From a virus, in the IMG/VR virus record IMGVR_UViG_3300044797_000094, positions 1 through 64,000 of that record: DNA of 64,000 bases; one strand, given 5' to 3'. A program made the translations under genes and the position numbers. Under the pieces are notes generated by a model. It saw only the letters and a list, made by a program, of their open reading frames with translations. It searched no databases and was not told where the DNA came from. Of this stretch, positions 56,836 to 64,000 are shown piece after piece; the stretch's first letter is position 1, and each line of letters begins with the position of its first letter.

Positions 56836-58479
56836 TTGGCTGATCTTCTGAATACTTTCCAGCGTGTTGTCGTCATCAATCTTTCCCGCCGCATCGACCG
56901 TAAGGAATCGGTCACGAAAGAACTGGCGAACTGGCCCTTTAAGCAGCCGATCTTCCAAGTCGGCGTCGACGGAGAAATGGTCACCGCTCCTGATGGATTC
57001 CGAGAAGGCAACAATGTCTGGGGTTGTCTGCAAAGCCACAGGCACGCCTTGGAAGACGCTCTGAACAACGATTGCGACTCATTGCTCGTCCTGGAGGACG
57101 ACGTCGTCCTATGCCCCGATTTCAACGCCATGGCGGAACAGTTCATTTCTGAAATGCCGGAAGACTGGGAAATCTGCTTTCTTGGCGGCCACCATATGGT
57201 TTCTCCGATGGATCTGTCGGAAAACGTCGTCCGATGTGTTCAGATGGACCGCTGTCACGCTTATGCGCTGAAGGGACGCGGACTTCGGGAACTTTACCGA
57301 TATTGGCACCAATGGCATCCAGGCCATTGTGACCACGCAATTTCGAAATGGGTCGCGGACTACAAAGCCTATGCGCCGAAAAGCTGGCTGATCGGCCAAA
57401 AAGGCGGCTACAGCGACATTCTGCGGGACAACGACGAGCAACTGTTGAAGGGCGAGGAATGGTGGAATCCGGGAACGCCAATTCCGTTAGACCGAGTCGC
57501 TCGATCGATCAACGATCTGCCCTGCAAATTTCGCGGAGAATTCGCTGGCGTTCGCGACGTTTATACGCCGATGTGGAAATGCTCCGAAGAATCGAACAAA
57601 CTCGGCCTGACGACGTTCTGGCAGTACAAACTGGATCAGCCGGAATTCAATTGTTCGAGTTGCGATAAGCGACCGAGAACACCAGAGGAAATCCGGTTCG
57701 ACGAAATCAAAATTGCATGGAAGAATCGCAAGGAAGTCAAAACATCGGAGAAGCCGATCCTGACGGCCGCTTTGCCCACAAGGGGCAGGGGCGAGCAATG
57801 CAAGAAATCAATCCAATCGTTCTACGAAACAACCAGGGGCCACGATCGGGAATGCGTCGTGGTAAGTCATCCAGACTCCGCCGTGCCGATTCTACGCGAA
57901 ATGGAACTCCGTCAAGACCTGTATCCGGGACTGCGGGTGTTTGTTGAAGACACAGACGCGATCTCGGCATGGAACATCGCGTTCAAGCATTCGCGTGGGT
58001 TTTTCATTTCGATCTCGGACGATGACCTTGAATACGCATTTGGATGGTTTGAAGCACTATTAAAGAAGTGGGAAGGATACGGCGGACCGGAGGTTGCGCT
58101 TCTGGGCCTGTGGGATCCAGACGCGCGCGTTCAACGCGGGGAATTGTTCACGAGGTCCGTCCTGACGAGGCCGTTTTGCATGACGGTCATGGGGGGCGTT
58201 CTTTGCGTGCCGTATGTCAAAAGGTGGTGGAACGATAACAGCACCACTCTCCTCGCGCGGAAGGCCAATTGTGCGTATCCGTGTTTTGAGGCGGTGATCA
58301 AGCATCATCAAGCGGCGCTCGGGCTTAGTGTCTGGGATGAAACAGCGGAGATCGGAAAACAACGCGGCATCAACGACCAGAGACTGTTTGAGGAATGGAA
58401 GGCGCGTGGAGCGAAGATTGAATGGAAGTCTATATTCGATGAAGCAAATCAAACACAGTTGACGGGAGCCGAGCGCTGA
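56836..58479 (+). CDS. GT25 + Cys linker + GT2-like (GT-A) double glycosyltransferase
   Basis: VVINLSRRIDR, GCLQSH, LVLEDD; second domain ALPTRGR, AWN, SDDD, WWND. Confidence 0.85.
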   Translation: MADLLNTFQRVVVINLSRRIDRKESVTKELANWPFKQPIFQVGVDGEMVTAPDGFREGNNVWGCLQSHRHALEDALNNDCDSLLVLEDDVVLCPDFNAMAEQFISEMPEDWEICFLGGHHMVSPMDLSENVVRCVQMDRCHAYALKGRGLRELYRYWHQWHPGHCDHAISKWVADYKAYAPKSWLIGQKGGYSDILRDNDEQLLKGEEWWNPGTPIPLDRVARSINDLPCKFRGEFAGVRDVYTPMWKCSEESNKLGLTTFWQYKLDQPEFNCSSCDKRPRTPEEIRFDEIKIAWKNRKEVKTSEKPILTAALPTRGRGEQCKKSIQSFYETTRGHDRECVVVSHPDSAVPILREMELRQDLYPGLRVFVEDTDAISAWNIAFKHSRGFFISISDDDLEYAFGWFEALLKKWEGYGGPEVALLGLWDPDARVQRGELFTRSVLTRPFCMTVMGGVLCVPYVKRWWNDNSTTLLARKANCAYPCFEAVIKHHQAALGLSVWDETAEIGKQRGINDQRLFEEWKARGAKIEWKSIFDEANQTQLTGAER

Positions 58480-58778
58480 CGACAACCTTCTGCCTCGATT
58501 TCGACAATACATATACGAAAGACCCGATCATTTGGATGCTGTTCGTTCAGCGAGCGCAGCTCTTCGGTCATCGCGTAATTTGCATCACGAGCCGGACAAA
58601 TCCGAACAAGAGCCTTGTCACAGATGAATTGCCGTCCGGGGTCGATGCTTATTTTGCATTGAATGTTCCAAAGAAACAATTCGCCGAAACTCTTGGAATC
58701 AAAGTCGACGTCTGGATCGACGACGATCCAAAAACAATCGATCCGGCGAGTTATGAAGGGAGAATTGAAAATTCTTGA
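58476..58778 (+). CDS. Small HAD-family phosphatase (probable CTG start)
   Basis: FCLDFDNT (motif I), CITSR, VWIDDDP; CTGA overlap with the GT stop and a GGGAG RBS. Confidence 0.7.
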   Translation: MTTTFCLDFDNTYTKDPIIWMLFVQRAQLFGHRVICITSRTNPNKSLVTDELPSGVDAYFALNVPKKQFAETLGIKVDVWIDDDPKTIDPASYEGRIENS

Positions 58779-58980
58779 AGTCATCGCCTGTGGTGAAAAG
58801 GTCTCGATCGGAGCCGATGGCCTAATTACCGGCACGATCACAGCATTCAGTTGCCGCTTCGGCAGGATTCAATACGAGGTCACGTGGTGGAGCGGAGCGG
58901 ATCATAAAACCGAATGGCTTGAAGAATGTGAAGTCATCCCACAAACCCATGTCACAACGCGAATCGGCTTCAAGAGATGA
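58753..58980 (+). CDS. Small SH3/KOW-like hypothetical protein
   Basis: GEKV.I...ITGTI......QYEV.WW. Confidence 0.5.
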   Translation: MKGELKILEVIACGEKVSIGADGLITGTITAFSCRFGRIQYEVTWWSGADHKTEWLEECEVIPQTHVTTRIGFKR

Positions 58981-59327
58981 TCGGAAGTTAATGAGAGGTC
59001 TAATTTTCGTATTCGGATGTTTGCTATTCTGGACGTGCGTCGGATGGTGCATCGAAGGGACTCTTGGCGGCGCTGTCGGCGGATTCACGTTTGGACTCGG
59101 AGTTATGCTATTATTCGTCTTCTGCTTCGCCGGAAAGTGAAATCCGATGTCCGCCAAGATGGCTCAGTCGCCGCCATGCAAAACATGCGGGAAGCTACCG
59201 AAAATGAATTGGAAATGGGACAACCGGATTTGCGAGTATCTGCCAGCGCCGATCAAATGCGCGTGCTACGATAAGCCAACCGAAAACAGCCCGCGGACGA
59301 CGTCGCCAGCGTTACCGAAGTGATTCG

Positions 59328-60443
59328 ATGCGTAAAAAGCTGCTCTTCATTTCGCGATACGTCCTTGACGAGCCGTGCGCAACCGGGCGAACGATCATTG
59401 ACTTAATCCAATATTGCCAATCACTCAGCTTCAACGTCACCTTCCTGAATCTCGCAAGCTCGCCGTCATTCGATCTTGAGGCCGCGCTCACTTGCAATGT
59501 GATTTCCGCTGGACTGGGGACAAGATTTTACGACTCTCCATCGACAGACACGGAACGCGATTTCGTTCGCGACACATTTCAGCGGATCGAACCGTCGATT
59601 GTGATCACGGACTATGCATGGACGGCGGGTAACTTTGATCTGCTGCCTGGATTTGTCGAAAAGATGATTCTCGTTCACGATCTCAGAACGCGGATTGTTT
59701 CTGGCCTTGAATCGCACGGACATTCGCACGCTCATCATCCGTGGAACAAATCGACCGAGAGCTTTTATCTTCAGAAGGCCGACGCGATTATCGTCCTGAA
59801 TGAGGAAGATGCCGACGAATGCCGGGAAATGGCACAATTCGCGAACGTCCTTCAAATCGGACTGTCATCTGATTTGCGTTTCTCTGGTGGCTCCTCAGTC
59901 GTTCCGGGTCGCGTTCTTTACGTGGCGTCGAGCTTCGGAGCAAATAAGGAAGCGATCGAACGGTTCGTTATCGACTGCTGGCCAACGATTCGGAATCGCA
60001 TTCCAAACGCGACCCTCCACATCTGCGGCGGGGTGTCTGACAGAGTAAATGGCGAGATCGCGAGTGAGAGCAACGGCGTCTTTTTGAGAGGCCGTGTCGA
60101 CGACATTGACACGGAACACATCGAAGCCGCGGTCTGCATTGTGCCAATTCGTCACGTCGGCACGAAACGCAAATTTGCGGATGCGTTGGCACACGGAAAA
60201 GCTGTCGTCTCAACGAAAGTCGGCATCGATGGATTTCCGGAAGCGTATGAAAAATGTGCCTTAATCGCTGACGATATCGGCGAACAGTTTGCGGATCATG
60301 TGGCCAATGTGTTATCGTCCGACGAACTTCGGCACTCATTGGAAAACGAAGCGAGAGCATTGGCGGAGAAGCGGCTTCCGCCTGAAAATGCCTACAGGAA
60401 CCTCGTCGAACATTTCAAAATGAAAAGCCTTTTGGAAACATAG
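59328..60443 (+). CDS. GT4-family (GT-B) glycosyltransferase
   Basis: LVHDL, ADAII, LHICG, GRVDD, CIVP...GTK.K..DALAHGKAVVST. Confidence 0.88.
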   Translation: MRKKLLFISRYVLDEPCATGRTIIDLIQYCQSLSFNVTFLNLASSPSFDLEAALTCNVISAGLGTRFYDSPSTDTERDFVRDTFQRIEPSIVITDYAWTAGNFDLLPGFVEKMILVHDLRTRIVSGLESHGHSHAHHPWNKSTESFYLQKADAIIVLNEEDADECREMAQFANVLQIGLSSDLRFSGGSSVVPGRVLYVASSFGANKEAIERFVIDCWPTIRNRIPNATLHICGGVSDRVNGEIASESNGVFLRGRVDDIDTEHIEAAVCIVPIRHVGTKRKFADALAHGKAVVSTKVGIDGFPEAYEKCALIADDIGEQFADHVANVLSSDELRHSLENEARALAEKRLPPENAYRNLVEHFKMKSLLET

Positions 60444-60444
60444 A

Positions 60445-61551
60445 ATGCCTAAATCGGTCATGTTCGTCTCCCGCTATCTCGCTGAATCAAACAACGGAAG
60501 CGGCGAAATGAACCTCGGCTTTATTCGCTACCTCAAGCGAATTGGATTCGACGTCACCTTTCTGCTTCTCGGCGGTTCCCGCGCGGTCGGGGAGGAATTG
60601 AAGTCGCTCTGCACGATGATGGCCGGAAACCAAGACGCTCCCTATTACGATTCGCCGGTCACGGACGGAGAAAGGCGAGTCATCCGGTGGGCCGTCGAAA
60701 AGATCAATCCGCAGATCGTGGTCGCCGATTATTCGTGGATTGCCGGATGCCTTGACGAAGTTCCGTCGACCGTTGAAAAGATGATCCTCGTTCACGATCT
60801 TCGAACCCGCATCATCGCCGACTTTGAAAAGGAAGGTTTCTTTCACTGCCATCATCCGTGGGACGAGCGGCAGGAATCGGAGTGCCTCCGAAAAGCCTCA
60901 ACGATCATCGCGATTCAGGACAAGGACGCGGATGAGTGCCGCAGGATGGCTCCTGAGGCGAAGATCATCCAGATCAACCTGTCTGCGGAACTGAAGTTCT
61001 CCGACGAATCGTTAGTCGTTCAAGGTCGAGTGTTCTATGTGGCTTCTGGAGTCGACGAAAACAAAATTGCGATTGAGCGATTCATTGACAACTGTTGGCC
61101 GAAAATTCGGAGTGAGGCCACGAACGCAAGCCTTCATATCGCCGGCGGTGTCTGCGGGCGACTTCAGATCGCTCACGATTCAGGGATCTCGCTTCTCGGA
61201 TATGTGCCGGATCTCGATCAAGAATACGCCGAAGCAGCGGTGTGCATCGTGCCAGTCTTTCACGGAGGAGGAACGAAACTGAAGTTCATCGGCGGACTCT
61301 CGCACGGAAAGGCGATGGTCGGGAACAGTTTCGCAATCGACGGTTTCCCGACGGCGGAGCAGTGCCTGTGTGTGTGCGACGGCATCGCGGAGGAATTCGC
61401 CAATTCAGTGATCATGCTGCTTCAAATGCCAGACATACGAGAAGCGGCGCGGGTCTTCGCGCAACACATCGCCAGCGAGACTCTTCCGATGGAAATCGCC
61501 TACAAAAATCTGACCGACCATTTCCAGTCAAAAGGCTTCGCCGATGCGTGA
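60445..61551 (+). CDS. GT4-family glycosyltransferase (tandem paralogue)
   Basis: Same motif set as the previous gene; GGTKLK...LSHGKA. Confidence 0.88.
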   Translation: MPKSVMFVSRYLAESNNGSGEMNLGFIRYLKRIGFDVTFLLLGGSRAVGEELKSLCTMMAGNQDAPYYDSPVTDGERRVIRWAVEKINPQIVVADYSWIAGCLDEVPSTVEKMILVHDLRTRIIADFEKEGFFHCHHPWDERQESECLRKASTIIAIQDKDADECRRMAPEAKIIQINLSAELKFSDESLVVQGRVFYVASGVDENKIAIERFIDNCWPKIRSEATNASLHIAGGVCGRLQIAHDSGISLLGYVPDLDQEYAEAAVCIVPVFHGGGTKLKFIGGLSHGKAMVGNSFAIDGFPTAEQCLCVCDGIAEEFANSVIMLLQMPDIREAARVFAQHIASETLPMEIAYKNLTDHFQSKGFADA

Positions 61552-62374
61552 GAAAATCATCATCGCCGGCGCATCTGGGTATATCGGCGAGTTCTTAAGC
61601 CGTCGATTGTCGCAAGATGGGCATAAAATAAAACCTCTGGACAGGACCCACGGATGCGACATCAGAAACAAGCAAAACGTCGCGAATCTATTCGCTGATT
61701 TCATGCCAACTGTCGTTATTGATTGCTTGGATTTCGGAACACTGAAAGAGGTGCAAGAAAACCAAGAAAAGGCATCGTCCGTAATAGTCGGCGGCGCAAA
61801 TACTTTGGCGGGGCTCGCGAAGATCCACGATGCGTACATCATTCAAATGTCGACGTCCTATGTATTCGCGGGGAACGGCATCAAACACAATGAATTTGAC
61901 ACGCCGAAACCATTCAACGCCTACGCGGCACTCAAGCTCATCGCGGAATCGGCGTGTCACAAATCCGGCCTGATTCTCCGCATGAGCGGCGTCTACGGCT
62001 ATAAGCGAGAAAAAAGCGACAATCTTGATTTATGGGCAATCTCCGAATGGAAAAAAGGAAGCATCATCAAGGCGTTTGAACTCTACTATTCGACGCCGAC
62101 ATTCATAGGCGATTTGGCGGATGTGGTTTCCAACGCCATCAAGTCGCGTGCAACTGATCTTTATCATGTCGCCGGACCGGACCGTATGAACCGCTACGAT
62201 TTCTTCCTCAAACTCGCCGAACGAATGGGTCACGACTGGACATGCGTCGTTCCGAGCCGCGAAATTGACGGCTTGCGGCCATTGGACGGCTCGCTTGACT
62301 CAAGTCTCGTCCAGCGGGAACTTGGCGTAGAAATGCACGATGTCAGGGACGGGATGCTGCTGGCGGATTACTGA
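61544..62374 (+). CDS. RmlD-like NDP-4-keto-sugar reductase
   Basis: GASGYIG, STSYVF.G, P.NAYAALK, LR.SGVYG, PTF..DLA, RP.D.SLD. Confidence 0.85.
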   Translation: MREKIIIAGASGYIGEFLSRRLSQDGHKIKPLDRTHGCDIRNKQNVANLFADFMPTVVIDCLDFGTLKEVQENQEKASSVIVGGANTLAGLAKIHDAYIIQMSTSYVFAGNGIKHNEFDTPKPFNAYAALKLIAESACHKSGLILRMSGVYGYKREKSDNLDLWAISEWKKGSIIKAFELYYSTPTFIGDLADVVSNAIKSRATDLYHVAGPDRMNRYDFFLKLAERMGHDWTCVVPSREIDGLRPLDGSLDSSLVQRELGVEMHDVRDGMLLADY

Positions 62375-62464
62375 CTGGGATGTGCATGCACACGCCTAGC
62401 ACTATCCATCCAAGCCAATCGCAGATGTTACGCAGGTGCTGCGACAAATTGCAAAAAAGCATGA

Positions 62465-62509
62465 AAATGGTTGACGATTATTGACAGGTCGCCGAACCGA
62501 TCGTATAAA
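62465..62509 (+). promoter_or_regulatory. 16-bp operator plus sigma70 promoter
   Basis: AAATGGTTGACGATTA (62465-62480), TTGACA-17 nt-TATAAA. Confidence 0.75.
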
Positions 62510-62541
62510 GCTTCTGTCGACAATTGCGAAAAGGAAGCACA

Positions 62542-62946
62542 ATGGAAACCAGCACGCTCTTGGAAATCCCTGAATCTCTCAAGAATCAGCCGAGCAAAAA
62601 AGTTCCTCAACTACGCAACCGCTGGTTCGCCGAAGCCTCCCATTTTTGGATTCAGTGTGTTAGGTCTGGCGAAGATCCCCACGCGGCCGGGAAACGCATC
62701 GGAGTCTGTCGCGATGCTGTCGGACGCTGGATCAGAGATCGAAGGGCCGACGCTTCCCCGAGACGCTCGCTCGTCGTCAAACGTGCGATGATTTCCGCGA
62801 AGCCGCCTGCCGAGTCAGTCGATAATCTTTGGGAGCGATATTTCGCGTCTGCGCCCGGTTCTGTGGAAGCGGCTAATTTGATGCGTAAGATCCGAGAATC
62901 TAGTCCGTCAATCGACGCGACTGAGGATGATGAGGCCGACGAATGA
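62542..62946 (+). CDS. Putative HTH protein
   Basis: AAGKRIGVCRDAVGRW resembles a helix-turn-helix; AAGGAAG RBS. Confidence 0.55.
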   Translation: METSTLLEIPESLKNQPSKKVPQLRNRWFAEASHFWIQCVRSGEDPHAAGKRIGVCRDAVGRWIRDRRADASPRRSLVVKRAMISAKPPAESVDNLWERYFASAPGSVEAANLMRKIRESSPSIDATEDDEADE

Positions 62947-63497
62947 AGCGACAGGACGCCAAACGACGGCGAAGCCAAAAAAAGAAAAGGGTTGTGGACC
63001 ATTCCGTCGCTGAAGAGTGCATGGAATATCGCAAGCAGTTTAGCGAATTCGTCTGCGAAACGTGTGAGTTTCTTCGAAAACATCCACCAGCGAGAGAATG
63101 GATCGAAGTGCGAAAGGCGGCGCAATTTACCCTTCGAACGGAGGTTCATCACATTTTCCGGCGTGGGAAGGCCCCAGAATTGGGATGGTTCTGCTGTCTT
63201 GTATTGATCTGTCCCGCATGCCACGGCTACGGCCATGATGTCAATGAGTCCCATTTGAAATTGTGCTCATTGATGGCAAAAATTGAACGGCATAAACGAC
63301 ATGAGGAACTTCAGTTGATTGGATTGGAGCCAGCGGAAACACCTCCAGAACGACTGCACAAGAACGTCTCGGCGTGGAACAAGGTCTGCGGAAGCCCAAC
63401 TCTGATAGGCCGAATTGAAGCGTTGCTTTTGCCGAAGATCGATGGAACGGTATTTGAGTCGATGTGCTGTGATTTATTGAAGGAAATTTCGCGATGA
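62943..63497 (+). CDS. HNH-like nuclease
   Basis: CETC...EVHHI...LICPACH. Confidence 0.7.
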   Translation: MKRQDAKRRRSQKKKRVVDHSVAEECMEYRKQFSEFVCETCEFLRKHPPAREWIEVRKAAQFTLRTEVHHIFRRGKAPELGWFCCLVLICPACHGYGHDVNESHLKLCSLMAKIERHKRHEELQLIGLEPAETPPERLHKNVSAWNKVCGSPTLIGRIEALLLPKIDGTVFESMCCDLLKEISR

Positions 63498-63787
63498 CCG
63501 AGAAAGATAAATCGCCAGGGCAAATCAATTACGAAGCTGTCTTCGCTCCAAAGAATGGTGTGATTGATGTGGTTGTTCCTCCCGCTATTTATATTTGGGA
63601 GGAAACGGCAGACGAGATTCGGCAGCGGTTTGAATCAGCGGCGCAACAAGTCCGCCAGCCTTTACTGAAAATCATTCGACAGATGCGGGAGGAGCTGCGT
63701 TATCTCGCAATTCTGTCTCGCCAGCAGAAACGAGGTCGCGTCGTAGAGGTCTTAGACAGAGCCGATGCCGAACTGGAGAGGTGGTGA
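63494..63787 (+). CDS. Hypothetical protein (SPGQINYEA motif)
   Basis: Coupled overlap. Confidence 0.55.
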   Translation: MTEKDKSPGQINYEAVFAPKNGVIDVVVPPAIYIWEETADEIRQRFESAAQQVRQPLLKIIRQMREELRYLAILSRQQKRGRVVEVLDRADAELERW

Positions 63788-63996
63788 AACGGCAAGACAG
63801 CGATCTGAGATACGAAGAACTCCGCAAAATGTTTTGCCGACGAGGCGAGTTCTGCCAAATGCTGATTGCCCAGCAAGATTGCCTTTTGGGTGCCGTCAAG
63901 TTCATTCTGCCGTTCGTGGACGACGCAATGAAAAATTATCTTAGAAACGCGATCGAACGCATTGAATCTCTTGAAGCGACTTACAAGGAAAGGTAA
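63781..63996 (+). CDS. Hypothetical protein
   Basis: ORF in operon context. Confidence 0.45.
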   Translation: MVKRQDSDLRYEELRKMFCRRGEFCQMLIAQQDCLLGAVKFILPFVDDAMKNYLRNAIERIESLEATYKER

Positions 63997-64000
63997 GAAA

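Overview
The whole window is part of a large tailed dsDNA phage or prophage with an HK97-type head and a long tail that is probably non-contractile. The likely host is a Planctomycete, judged from ClpC-N and RimI homologues recognised from memory. It carries tail-fibre genes (1-4 kb), terminase (4.9-7 kb), a giant portal polyprotein (12.2-16.6 kb), MuF, protease, capsid, neck and tail genes (36-55 kb) with a -1 frameshifting tail chaperone, and about 25 kb of accessory cargo interleaved in the head module. Highlights: (1) a complete, array-less type IV-B CRISPR effector module (csf1-cas11-csf2-cysH-csf3) translationally coupled inside an NDP-sugar biosynthesis operon; (2) an orphan, apparently intact IS607/TnpB-type omega-RNA scaffold behind its own promoter, with no TnpB gene in the window; (3) a putative capsid-loaded effector system, in which portal-2H phosphodiesterase-kinase, topoisomerase IB and MuF share a K-[AR]-x-[DN]...E-[AP]-R-x3-G-E-W tag; (4) a putative virion-glycosylation system with sugar pathway genes, five glycosyltransferase domains and a trio of paralogous tail-tip peptides, two of them with poly-Ser tails; (5) a 16-bp palindromic operator (AAATYGTYRACRATTT) at seven accessory promoters; (6) a 40-unit 9-bp Cys-x-x repeat. 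No integrase, replication module, tRNA or CRISPR array was seen. All family assignments come from motif recognition by eye; no searches were run.
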